A DNA stretch of 64,000 nucleotides, taken from Thermoproteota archaeon. GTDB taxonomy: Archaea > Thermoproteota > Bathyarchaeia > Bathyarchaeales > Bathyarchaeaceae. A program made the position numbers and the translations under genes. A model generated the notes under the pieces. That model ran no database searches and was not told where the DNA came from. It saw nothing but the letters and a program-made list of their open reading frames with translations. Below are positions 54,983-64,000 of the stretch, piece after piece (positions within the stretch are counted from its first letter, which is position 1; every line of letters begins with the position of its first letter). The stretch covers positions 22,230 to 86,229 of the forward strand of contig JBHORG010000001.1 of assembly GCA_042565955.1 (NCBI GenBank), given 5' to 3'.

Positions 54983-56158
54983 ATGCCGAAAGCAGCCAAA
55001 GCAGAACGCATTCTTGTTCTATGCGTTGACAGGGACGACGATATCGGTATGAAAGCAGGAATAAACACACCTATCCTTGGACGAAAAGAAAACGTGAATG
55101 CTGCTGCAAGTCTAGCTCTCAGAGATCCTGAAGAAGCTGATGCTAATGCTATGTTCGAGGCAGTCCGGATTTTCGACAACCTGAAGAAGAATGCTAAAGG
55201 ATCGGGAGAATACGAAGTTGCAACCATAGCAGGTTCTGATCTACATGGCGTAGAGGCTGACAGGCAATTGGTATCCGAACTCACCGACGTTCTAAACAAG
55301 TTTCCGGCAACAGATGTTATTCTTGTTACAGACGGTTACACAGACGAGATGGTATTACCGCTGATTGAATCAAGAGTTCCAGTTACCTCTGTTAGAAGAA
55401 TTGTGATACAGCACAGCAAATCCATCGAAGAATCAGCTGCGCTCTTTGGTCGATATATGAAAATTCTTGTAGAGAATCCACGCTATTCTAGAATGCTTCT
55501 AGGTCTCCCAGGACTACTATTCATTGTTTTAGGTGCCCTTGCGTTTATCCCTGGTGGTTTGACATACGCTATACCAGCCCTAGGCGTAATCGCAGGTGCA
55601 TTCCTTGTTGTAAGAGGATTTAGACTCGACAAAACGGCCAATAACTTTGTCAAATGGATAAGAGAATACTCCCCACCCTCATTCACTGTGCAGATTGCAG
55701 GTTTTGCTGCGATTGCCGGAATCTTGCTAATTCTTATTGGTGGATATTTAGGTGGAACTGCAGTGGGAGCTCTGGTTGATATGTCATCGGCTGATCTAGT
55801 TGCGCAGATTCCAAGCCTTATCGGAGAATTTCTTTATGCGTCAACATACCTCATAGCCCTTGGAATATGTGTTATCTTGTCAGGAAGGGCTGTTCGTTGG
55901 TTCTTTGAGCGCGACTTACGGATTTGGCGTACCATTATTATAATAATTGGAGTTGCATGGTCTTCAGTCATGTTTGTTGAGGCATCACTTATACTCATCC
56001 AACCGGAAATAACTCCATACACAACATTGATTTATGCTATCGTTGGTGGACTACCTGTGATAGTATCTACATTCTTAACCGCGTTGCTACTGCGTAGAAA
56101 ATACAGTAGCTACTTCAAAGAACCAGAAGACAAAATGGAAGACTTCAAAGAAAACTAG
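54983..56158 (+). CDS. DUF373-family membrane protein
   Basis: The N-terminal soluble domain has ILVLCVDRDDDIG, followed by about 6 TM helices. Confidence 0.7.
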   Translation: MPKAAKAERILVLCVDRDDDIGMKAGINTPILGRKENVNAAASLALRDPEEADANAMFEAVRIFDNLKKNAKGSGEYEVATIAGSDLHGVEADRQLVSELTDVLNKFPATDVILVTDGYTDEMVLPLIESRVPVTSVRRIVIQHSKSIEESAALFGRYMKILVENPRYSRMLLGLPGLLFIVLGALAFIPGGLTYAIPALGVIAGAFLVVRGFRLDKTANNFVKWIREYSPPSFTVQIAGFAAIAGILLILIGGYLGGTAVGALVDMSSADLVAQIPSLIGEFLYASTYLIALGICVILSGRAVRWFFERDLRIWRTIIIIIGVAWSSVMFVEASLILIQPEITPYTTLIYAIVGGLPVIVSTFLTALLLRRKYSSYFKEPEDKMEDFKEN

Positions 56159-56343
56159 CATACAGACCATATACCTAAAAATTTCTCCTAGTTGGACGCT
56201 AATCTAGTGCTAAGTAATAACTTTCAGAACATTGAAAAGTTTATTATCTAAAAATTCTGTCTATATATTCTCGGTATCCAGTAAGGAAATTGGAGAAACT
56301 AAAAAATTGAACCTAACAATAATGCCAAAATTCGTTAACTATT

Positions 56344-57138
56344 GTGGTAACCATTATGCTTGAGGGATTACTCTCTATTTTGGGCATATACAAGGTATAC
56401 GAGAAGTGGCTATGGTTCCAGATTAGAAACGGAAAAAAACCAGAGCATATAGCAATCATCCTTGATGGAAACCGAAGATGGGCTTCCAATAAATCATTAA
56501 TCCCTTGGATTGGTCATCGTCATGGCGCCAACAAGATTGATGACCTGATGGATTGGTGCATCGAGTTGGACGTAAAAGCCATTACATTATATGCTTTTTC
56601 AACCGAAAACTTTCATCGTCCCCCCCAAGAAGTAGAAGAAATCATGAAGCTGATTGAAAACAAACTTCGTTCAATTCTAGAAAACGAAAGAATTCACCAA
56701 AACAAAATCAGAGTCAAGACCATCGGAAGAATAGACCTTTTACCTGATTCAATTCAAGAAGTAATCCAACGAGTAGAAGAATCAACAAAAATGTATAAAT
56801 GCCGACTCTTGAATGTGGCTTTGGCTTATGGTGGAAGGGCAGAAATTGTTGACGCAACAAAAAAGATAGCCAAAAAAGCGGTAAAGGGCGAACTAAATCC
56901 CAACGAGATAAACGAGAAAATTTTCGAGAAATACCTTTATACAGCCCACATGCCAAAACAAGACGCTGATCTAATCATCCGAACATCTGGAGAAGAAAGA
57001 CTTAGCGGTTTCCTATCTTGGCAGTCAGCCTACAGCGAACTCTGCTTTGTGGATGTAAACTGGCCGGACTTTAGGAAGATTGACCTTTTGCGCGCAGTAA
57101 GAACATACCAGAGACGAAAACGTCGTTTCGGTGAATAA
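56344..57138 (+). CDS. uppS: cis-Prenyltransferase (undecaprenyl/dolichyl diphosphate synthase family)
   Basis: HIAIILDGNRRWA, LYAFSTENF and IRTSGEERLSGFLSWQ motifs. Confidence 0.9.
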   Translation: MVTIMLEGLLSILGIYKVYEKWLWFQIRNGKKPEHIAIILDGNRRWASNKSLIPWIGHRHGANKIDDLMDWCIELDVKAITLYAFSTENFHRPPQEVEEIMKLIENKLRSILENERIHQNKIRVKTIGRIDLLPDSIQEVIQRVEESTKMYKCRLLNVALAYGGRAEIVDATKKIAKKAVKGELNPNEINEKIFEKYLYTAHMPKQDADLIIRTSGEERLSGFLSWQSAYSELCFVDVNWPDFRKIDLLRAVRTYQRRKRRFGE

Positions 57139-57140
57139 AC

Positions 57141-58367
57141 TTATCCACGTTTCTTGGCGCTGACTATAGAAATTACGTCCCTATCCTTTAGCACATGATT
57201 TTCTCCGATTCTGTTTTTTCCCCGAATGTCGATTGCATATATGAAACTATCTCCAAGTTCGGTGTGGATAATATAGGCAAGTTGACGTGCAGTAGTCCCG
57301 AAAGGTACAAGGTACACATCTGGGAGAACTCTGCCCTTGTGGTCGCAAAGATGTTCGCTATCTTCTACTGGATAAACAGCAACCATTTGCAATAACTCAA
57401 GGAATGCAGTGTTCATGGCTTTTTGGATACCAGAAGAACCAAACTTATATAGAATCTGTTCCTGGATACTATTCAAGCCTCTTTTTTGTGCTTCATTAAG
57501 TTTGTCAGAATTTGTTATTGTTAACTTGCAGTCTCCAGGTGTGTAGGTAATTAATCCTTTTTCTCCAGCTCTTCTTAGAGCTAGTTCTGCTTCTGCACTA
57601 CATGGGATAACCATGTATCCGCTTTCTTTTAGGCGTTTGACATTCTCTTCTGCATATGGAAGATCAATCTTGTTGGCTGCAATCAATGTTGGTTTGGAAA
57701 CGCTTCTTAGAATATCCAAGAACTTTATGACATCTTCATTGTTCCAGAGTGTAGGTTTATCCATGTTAAGATCGGTTTTTCTTAGGCTCTCAATTATGTG
57801 GAATCGTTTGATACATAGTCCACTCAATCGAGATTCAAGAAGAGAAACTAGGTCTTTTCTACCTGACTCAACTATCCTAGAAAGTTTAGACCAGTCTTTC
57901 TTCAATATCTGGTTCATCCACATTGTTATCTCGTTTTCAAGGAATTTGACATCCTCTAATGGATCATGTTCTCCTTTTTTGCAGATTCTTCCTTCACAGT
58001 CTGTTGATCCTGAAGCGTCAACTACATGAATAAGTGCATCCGCTCGTCTGATTTCATCCAAGAACTGGTTTCCTAGTCCTCGTCCTTCCCATGCACCAGG
58101 AACAAGTCCTGCAACATCAATTAATTCAACTGGGACCAATCTAGTTCCGTCTAGGCACAGGGAATTCTTTGGATTGTCTTCAACATTGAATTCTTGGTGG
58201 ACGCAAGGAGTTCGCAGGTATCCTATTCCTCGGTTGGGCTTAATGGTTGTAAATGGATAGTTTCCGATATCAACAGGAATTAGAGTCGCAGCCGAGAAAA
58301 ATGTGGATTTACCTGTGTTTGGTTTGCCGACAATTCCCAACTTTTTCGAGTAAGACTGTACGCTCAT
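57141..58367 (-). CDS. Obg-family P-loop GTPase/ATPase, YchF/OLA1-like, with C-terminal TGS domain
   Basis: G1 GKPNTGKST, G3 DVAGLV, then RGLGNQFLDEIRRADALIHVVD. The C-terminal TGS-like segment is ARQLAYIIHTELGDSFIYA. Confidence 0.8.
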   Translation of the reverse strand: MSVQSYSKKLGIVGKPNTGKSTFFSAATLIPVDIGNYPFTTIKPNRGIGYLRTPCVHQEFNVEDNPKNSLCLDGTRLVPVELIDVAGLVPGAWEGRGLGNQFLDEIRRADALIHVVDASGSTDCEGRICKKGEHDPLEDVKFLENEITMWMNQILKKDWSKLSRIVESGRKDLVSLLESRLSGLCIKRFHIIESLRKTDLNMDKPTLWNNEDVIKFLDILRSVSKPTLIAANKIDLPYAEENVKRLKESGYMVIPCSAEAELALRRAGEKGLITYTPGDCKLTITNSDKLNEAQKRGLNSIQEQILYKFGSSGIQKAMNTAFLELLQMVAVYPVEDSEHLCDHKGRVLPDVYLVPFGTTARQLAYIIHTELGDSFIYAIDIRGKNRIGENHVLKDRDVISIVSAKKRG

Positions 58368-58519
58368 GGCTGGCTCTTCCCATTTTTTTAAGATCTATAT
58401 TCTATCGAAAAGTGTTCAACCAAATTTATTGCTTTATCACGTGTAAAAGCTTTGTCAGTCTCTGATTCAACATCTTCCTTTTTCAAATTAATGTCAAACT
58501 AAATTGAGAATACTAGTTT

Positions 58520-59431
58520 TCAAGTCCCGATCAGGTATTTTTCTACATCAAGGGCAGCTTTGCATCCAGAACCAGCGGCTGCAATAGCTTGTCGGTAACG
58601 GTAATCTGCCACATCGCCTGCAACAAAGACTCCCTCTATATTAGTTCTTGTTTCCTCTCTAACTACAATGTAGCCCGTTTTATCTAGTTCAATTTGATCT
58701 TTGAAAATGTTCGTGTTAGGTATATATCCAATGGCTAAGAAAACGGCATCACAAGAAAGAATAGACTCTTCGTTAGAAACAATGTTTTTAAGTTTAACTC
58801 CTTCGACTCTCTCTTTGCCCAAAATCTTCGCAACTGTGCTGTTCCAGACAAACGATATCTTCGGGTCCGCAAACACACTGTCCTGAAGGCACTTGGAAGC
58901 CCGTAGCTTGTCTCTGCGATGAATAACCATGACATCACTCACTACCTTAGCAAGAAACAGCGCCTCCTCCATGGCTGTGTTTCCTCCTCCAACAACCACG
59001 ACTTTTTTATTCCTAAAAAAGGGTGCATCACAAGTTGCACAAACCGAAACCCCTCTACCCCTTAGTCGCGTTTCGCTCTCCAATCCCAGCCATTTAGCTG
59101 AAGCACCAGTGGCTAGAATTACCGTTTTTGCCACGTAAACTTTGTTTCCAACATTCACCTTAAAGGGCTTTGTTTTGAAGTCTACGGTAGTTGCATGTTC
59201 GAAGACTAATTCTGCTCCCCACCGTTCAGCCTGATTTCGCATTTGTTCCATGAGTGTGGGTCCAAGGATTCCGTTTTCAAATCCTGGAAAATTCTCCACT
59301 TCTCGCGTAAGCATAAGCTGACCTCCCCAGATAGCTCCTGCAATAACAAGTGTCTTCAATCCAGCTCTGCTCGTGTATATAGCAGATGTCAAACCAGCTG
59401 GTCCAGAACCAAGAATTATTACATCATACAT
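58520..59431 (-). CDS. trxB: Thioredoxin-disulfide reductase
   Basis: YDVIILGSGPAG FAD motif, redox-active CATC, and GGGNTA NADPH motif. ATG at 59431 is preferred. Confidence 0.9.
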   Translation of the reverse strand: MYDVIILGSGPAGLTSAIYTSRAGLKTLVIAGAIWGGQLMLTREVENFPGFENGILGPTLMEQMRNQAERWGAELVFEHATTVDFKTKPFKVNVGNKVYVAKTVILATGASAKWLGLESETRLRGRGVSVCATCDAPFFRNKKVVVVGGGNTAMEEALFLAKVVSDVMVIHRRDKLRASKCLQDSVFADPKISFVWNSTVAKILGKERVEGVKLKNIVSNEESILSCDAVFLAIGYIPNTNIFKDQIELDKTGYIVVREETRTNIEGVFVAGDVADYRYRQAIAAAGSGCKAALDVEKYLIGT

Positions 59432-59503
59432 GCTTATCACTTTCTGACAGAACTTATTGGTTACACTGTAACCCATAATCTTTTGGTCTTCATGTTATTA
59501 TGT

Positions 59504-60976
59504 TTAAGTGACATCCCTTATGCCCTCAGCTACGGTTGTTGCCCTCTTCAGGTTACTTAGTAAAACATTGAATCGGTAGGAGCTTGTGGCAATTCCTATT
59601 AGTTGCTTCAGAATATATTCAGGTCTAATAAAAAACCGTTGATAGCCATCATGAATCATCTGCAAAATCTCCTTGGTAGGTACAACATCAGGCGAAACAT
59701 CAGAAACCATAACTCCAGTTTCCCAATGCTTCTCTTCATCAATTAAACCCTGCGTCTTGAGTTCCTCCCATATGTCGGTTCCCGGAAAAGTGGCTAATAT
59801 GTTAAACTGGGGAATGTCGACCTCAATTTTCTGAACAAACTTCAGAGTATTTAGAATCTCTTGTCTTGTTTCCTTTGGTGCACCCAAAATAAACGATGCA
59901 ACAGTCACATCTATACCCACCTTCTTAGCTTTTTTGAGCGCTACTTCTGCCTGTTGAGTGGTAGTTTGCTTGTTATAGTAATCAAGTATTTTCTGAGTGC
60001 CGTTTTCGATTCCAAAATACATCATTTTGCAGTTCGCTCTTGCCATATTTTGTAACATGTCTCGGGGGCAATTATCAACTCTGCCCTCAGCAAAAAAGTC
60101 AATGTCAACTTTCTCTTTCTTTAGCCGCTGGCAAAGTTTAATTACCCTTTTGGTATTCAATGTAAAATTATCATCCACAAAAAGAAACTGCTTGTAGCCC
60201 TGACTAGACAACATATGTAGTTCTTTCATTATGTTATCTACAGACCTTGAACGCCAAAGGTTACGAGCTAATCTTCGACATCCACAAAAACGACAATTAA
60301 ACACACAGCCTCTAGATGTAACGAAGCTACTGAACTTTTTTGGTGCAATTACTATCCCCGCAGTAGTATTGTGATACTCTACATCCAGCAGTTCCCTGTC
60401 TGGAAATGGTAATGAGTCAATATCCTTTATTAATGGTCTATCAGGAGTTGAAACTATGTGTCCATTGTGTCTAAAGTCGATTCCCAAAACTTTCTTTAGG
60501 TCGCCTTTTTTTTCTAGACACTTAGCCAATTCAAGGCTGGTGTGTTCTCCCTCTCCCCTGATAATAAAGTCCAAGAAAGGATACTTTTTCAGAATCCGCT
60601 CAGCATTGAATGTAGCATAAAAGTTACCAAAAACAGTGACTATATTGGAATTCTCTTTTTTCACTTTTTTTGCGATAAGCGCTGCTTTTCGTCCTGAACT
60701 GCTACATGTGGAAAAACCTAGGATTTCAGGGTCTTCTTTTTTCACCCAATCAATTGTGCCTTTTAGGGAGTAACCTTGTGTTGCTTCATCTATGATGGAG
60801 ATGTCGATTCCGTTTTCTCGAAGGTAAGTTGCAATGTAAAGCATTCCCAGAGGAGGTGCTGCTCCGATCATCTTTTTAACATCTTCGATAGGCAAATCAG
60901 GATTTGGACCCGGATTAATTAAAGAGAACTTCAAGTTGTATCCTTTTTCCAGATCGTAACTTTTCTGTAGAGGCAT
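59504..60976 (-). CDS. B12-binding-domain radical SAM protein, substrate unknown
   Basis: An N-terminal cobalamin-binding-like Rossmann region is followed by the CVFNCRFC (CX3CX2C) radical SAM cluster motif. 490 aa. Confidence 0.8.
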   Translation of the reverse strand: MPLQKSYDLEKGYNLKFSLINPGPNPDLPIEDVKKMIGAAPPLGMLYIATYLRENGIDISIIDEATQGYSLKGTIDWVKKEDPEILGFSTCSSSGRKAALIAKKVKKENSNIVTVFGNFYATFNAERILKKYPFLDFIIRGEGEHTSLELAKCLEKKGDLKKVLGIDFRHNGHIVSTPDRPLIKDIDSLPFPDRELLDVEYHNTTAGIVIAPKKFSSFVTSRGCVFNCRFCGCRRLARNLWRSRSVDNIMKELHMLSSQGYKQFLFVDDNFTLNTKRVIKLCQRLKKEKVDIDFFAEGRVDNCPRDMLQNMARANCKMMYFGIENGTQKILDYYNKQTTTQQAEVALKKAKKVGIDVTVASFILGAPKETRQEILNTLKFVQKIEVDIPQFNILATFPGTDIWEELKTQGLIDEEKHWETGVMVSDVSPDVVPTKEILQMIHDGYQRFFIRPEYILKQLIGIATSSYRFNVLLSNLKRATTVAEGIRDVT

Positions 60977-61048
60977 TTAAGTTTACTGTCAAAATGGTCA
61001 TTAACATCTAGAAGCGTTAAGTGTTACAAAAGAAGTTCTTGGAGTCTT

Positions 61049-62443
61049 TCAAGGGTAATGCCAGTTTTTGATCATTTTTTTGGGTGGCCCGGTTTTTTCT
61101 TTCCCGTATCGACAATGGGGCTTTGTCAGATGCCTTTGAGACCTTGGTGACGTTATATAAAGCCCCTTCTCAAGCACTCTCTTTTCCTTGATTATTGCCT
61201 TCTTCATTTGCGAAGAGCGAAAACCGCACTTGTCACACCTAAATCCCTGATTTCTTCCCATGGATTTCATTCTCTTCTCGCACTCGGGGCAGCTTGGATT
61301 AACAAAAGATACTCTTTGAGCCAATTCCAGAACTCGCATCTTCTCAAGATTAATGGTTAACTGATGTTCTGAAGAAGATGGGCGGACACCTCCATAGACC
61401 TTCAAGATATCTCCCCTAGACAGTTTTCTTGCTGTTTTGCAGAGCCTAACTGTAGGTTCATATGCGGCACAATCTACTTCCCCTGTTTCATCCTTGATTG
61501 AAAAGATCACATGACCACCTTGGATTACAATTGGATCCTTGGATACTATTCCCTGAGCTACCACAGGATTGTATGGTTTTATTTCTTTAACTGTACTGAC
61601 TTTTCGAAGGTGAGCGTCAGTTCCTTGATTTGTGCGAAAAATCATCCACCTCTCAACAGGTTCATATATTGTAATCATCTCGTGTGCCTGTTTAACTGCC
61701 TCTGGAGTTTCGCCTCTTATTCCGCAAAGGATAGGGTCGGGTCCCCTGGGCGTAATGAGAATTCTACCCCTTTCAGAGTCTACATTATTGTATGTGAAGA
61801 GCGAGTTTTTATCCATAGTTTTCACGGATGAAGCTTGCACACGGCGAGGTTTGTTTCGATTTTCTGGTATTCTATATGATATACTCTCGAAGGTGTGGTC
61901 TCCTTTTAGGTCCTCTCCGATGGCTGCTAATCCTCCGATAATTCCTCTTCCCTTTTTGAATCCTAGTGCCTCGGCCTTGGCTCTTTTAGTGAGCTTGAGG
62001 GCTTCCTCAATTGTTAGTATGCTCTGTTCGGCTTTTTTTGTGAACTCTGTGATTTCTTTGGGGACTTGTCCTGAAACGAATACGATTCCTGGGTCTGTTT
62101 CGCCATAATTTAATTCAGAGTTTGATTCAACTGTATCTATTACTGTTTCTTTGATTGTGTCTACGCTTTTTTCTGAACAATTTAGTCGTAAGCAGAGGGC
62201 TCCGTTACCTCGGGTCTTCCATGGAACATTTGGATTAAGCCTAATTAACCCGGGATAATCCGTAAAAAAGACGCCTATGTTACTCAGTTTTTCGACGAGG
62301 ATGGCAGCTATGTAAGTGGTGCAGCCTCCGTTGGGTGAATCAGTGTCGTCGAATCCTATGTGCAGATTAACCATTAGTTTCCGCTCGTTGCCTGTAGTTA
62401 GGTTGCTCTGCGGATAATAACCTTCAGATAAAAAATTACCCAT
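61049..62443 (-). CDS. tiaS: tRNA(Ile2) 2-agmatinylcytidine synthetase
   Basis: HIGFDDTDSPNGGCTTY kinase-like N-terminus and a C-terminal Zn ribbon (CPECEKRM...CDKCG). The true start is probably the internal ATG at 62374 (MVNLHIGFDDTDS). Confidence 0.85.
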   Translation of the reverse strand: MGNFLSEGYYPQSNLTTGNERKLMVNLHIGFDDTDSPNGGCTTYIAAILVEKLSNIGVFFTDYPGLIRLNPNVPWKTRGNGALCLRLNCSEKSVDTIKETVIDTVESNSELNYGETDPGIVFVSGQVPKEITEFTKKAEQSILTIEEALKLTKRAKAEALGFKKGRGIIGGLAAIGEDLKGDHTFESISYRIPENRNKPRRVQASSVKTMDKNSLFTYNNVDSERGRILITPRGPDPILCGIRGETPEAVKQAHEMITIYEPVERWMIFRTNQGTDAHLRKVSTVKEIKPYNPVVAQGIVSKDPIVIQGGHVIFSIKDETGEVDCAAYEPTVRLCKTARKLSRGDILKVYGGVRPSSSEHQLTINLEKMRVLELAQRVSFVNPSCPECEKRMKSMGRNQGFRCDKCGFRSSQMKKAIIKEKRVLEKGLYITSPRSQRHLTKPHCRYGKEKTGPPKKMIKNWHYP

Positions 62444-62486
62444 TTATGGATTAAATGAATGTAAAGAAAATAGGGGAAAGTGGAGG

Positions 62487-62726
62487 CTACTTTTGTCCCT
62501 CGATCACTATCATTGTTAGAGTTGACCTAACCTTGTCCAGTCTCCGTACATTCCATGTGACAATCTCTTTAAGTTTCTCCATAGTGTTTGCACCGACCTT
62601 AGCTACAACATCGTAAACCCCATAAACCATGTAAGCTTCCTTTACGGCATCGATCTTCTTCAACGCATCTAAAACTTCGCTTTCCGATCCTATCTCAGTG
62701 TTTATCAACACAAAAGCCATAGGCAT
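62487..62726 (-). CDS. Small Lrp/AsnC-type ligand-binding (RAM) domain protein
   Basis: AFVLINTEIGSESEVLDALKKIDAVKEAYMVYGVYDVVAKV is a RAM-domain pattern. ATG at 62726 is preceded by GGAGAG. Confidence 0.7.
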   Translation of the reverse strand: MPMAFVLINTEIGSESEVLDALKKIDAVKEAYMVYGVYDVVAKVGANTMEKLKEIVTWNVRRLDKVRSTLTMIVIEGQK

Positions 62727-62912
62727 TAAACAATCTCTCCACAATACACTGATAGTTCTCGTCTCCCTAAATAATTTGCGGCTTTTATGTCAAACAAAAT
62801 AGTGATTTACTGATTTTTAGGTTTATTAATCAGGTACTTTGCAGTCAATTTAATAAAAATCGACAAGTATAAAGAATCGGTTTGCGATGGAATAGTTAGG
62901 TGAATTCTTCTC

Positions 62913-63422
62913 TTGCAATGTGAAGTTTGTGGTGGTCAAATATTTGGTGCCCCTTTTAGGGCGGTAATTGAAGGAGTCAATATGACTGTTTGTCCTCGAT
63001 GCAGTAAACTAGGTTCTGGTTACTGGGAACCTAAGCCTCAACAGCGCTCAAAACCGAGTATAAACCGTAAGCCAATCCAACATTTCCCAACAAGAAAACC
63101 ACCTACAACTATGCCCGAAAGCCTTGAGCTTGTGAATAATTTTGGTCAGTTAGTGAGGCAGGCTAGAGAAGGTTTGGGTATGAGCCATAAGGATTTAGGT
63201 GGAAAAATCAGAGAACGCGTTTCGGTTTTACGTAAGATTGAGATGGGAAAAATGGTTCCTGATCTTGGGCTTGCAGAAAGGCTAGAGCATACCCTGAAAA
63301 TAAAGCTTCGTGTGCCTCCTACAGATCCTAAGGCTCAGATTAGTTCATCCTCTAAACCCCGTGGAACAACCTTGGGAGACCTTATCAAGTTTAAGTTGAA
63401 GAACGAGGAGGAAGAAAACTAA
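62913..63422 (+). CDS. mbf1: Archaeal multiprotein-bridging factor 1 (Zn ribbon + Cro/C1 HTH)
   Basis: CEVCGG...CPRC zinc ribbon, then the HTH LVRQAREGLGMSHKDLGGKIRERVSVLRKIEMG. Confidence 0.85.
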   Translation: MQCEVCGGQIFGAPFRAVIEGVNMTVCPRCSKLGSGYWEPKPQQRSKPSINRKPIQHFPTRKPPTTMPESLELVNNFGQLVRQAREGLGMSHKDLGGKIRERVSVLRKIEMGKMVPDLGLAERLEHTLKIKLRVPPTDPKAQISSSSKPRGTTLGDLIKFKLKNEEEEN

Positions 63423-63436
63423 CGAAAGTTATCGTC

Positions 63437-64000
63437 GTGCAACGCCGGCTTTCCAAGGAGCCTTCAAACTTAGATGAGCTCCGGAGTCTCGCTAATGCGG
63501 CAGGATATACCGCTGTAGGTTCCCTTGAACAGGTAAGAAAACGGGATCCCCGATATCAGATTGGACGAGGAAAAATAAATGACCTAGCCGATTTGGTTAA
63601 AGAAACTGGCGCGGAGAAGATTGTTTTCGATAACGAGTTGACTCCTGTTCAAGCCTATAATTTGGCTAAGGTTACGGGCATAGTTGTTATTGATCGCTTT
63701 CAGCTTATTCTCGAAATTTTTTCCAGAAGAGCTTCAACCTACGAGGCGGAGCTTCAGATTCGGATGGCAAGTCTTCGTTACGATTTGTCGAGGATAAAAG
63801 AAAGGATAAAGCTGGCGAAAATGGAAGAGCAGCCCGGTTTTATGGGGCTGGGCAAGTATGAGGTAGACCCTTACTTTGAATCTATGAAACGACAAATCAG
63901 TTCTATCAAACAAAAACTAAAAAAGAAACAAGAAGAGCGTGCGTTGCATCGTGTTCGTAGAACCGAGTTGGGATTTTCTTCAATTTCTTTGGCTGGTTAT
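63437..64000 (+). CDS. hflX: GTPase HflX (5' part; runs off the window end)
   Basis: Manual translation gives ...YQIGRGKINDLADLV...VIDRFQLILEIFSRRASTYEAELQIRMASLRY...ISLAGY, just before the expected TNAGKS P-loop. Homology seems to start a few codons upstream (KVIVV, from about 63425), where no canonical start codon exists. GTG at 63437 is the first canonical start. Confidence 0.8.
   Translation, partial: MQRRLSKEPSNLDELRSLANAAGYTAVGSLEQVRKRDPRYQIGRGKINDLADLVKETGAEKIVFDNELTPVQAYNLAKVTGIVVIDRFQLILEIFSRRASTYEAELQIRMASLRYDLSRIKERIKLAKMEEQPGFMGLGKYEVDPYFESMKRQISSIKQKLKKKQEERALHRVRRTELGFSSISLAGY

Overview
This 64-kb AT-rich window is a contiguous, gene-dense archaeal chromosome segment. I saw no rRNA, CRISPR array, cas gene, transposase or integrase. 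The archaeal assignment rests on these genes: L7Ae-S28e-L24e, secE-spt5-L11-L1-P0-P1, aIF5B, archaeal-type SAM synthetase, DtdA, LonB, TiaS, PurP, aMBF1 and family-B and family-Y DNA polymerases. It also rests on two intron-containing tRNAs. The lineage cannot be fixed from sequence alone; multi-intron tRNA, a TackOD1-like protein and an Ftr homologue fit an uncultured TACK, Bathyarchaeia-like or Asgard-like archaeon. Content includes isoprenoid genes (fni, idsA, uppS) and a type IV/Tad-like pilus locus. A large purine block holds purF-purD, purQ-purL-purS, purM, purE and a tandem purP pair. Many neighbouring genes overlap by ATGA or TGATG, which suggests translational coupling. Main leads: (1) a HAD(EhaR-like)/Ftr-family/PfkB-kinase trio sits where a GAR transformylase would be expected, and no PurN or PurT is present in the window. 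(2) A roughly 45-nt conserved intergenic element recurs at least five times. (3) A tRNA-Tyr carries two non-canonical introns. (4) An AlaRS is bacterial-type and lacks the C-Ala domain. (5) An hxlR-purP-purP operon sits opposite an unannotated Cys-rich micro-ORF. All homology calls come from reading motifs by eye; no database search was run.
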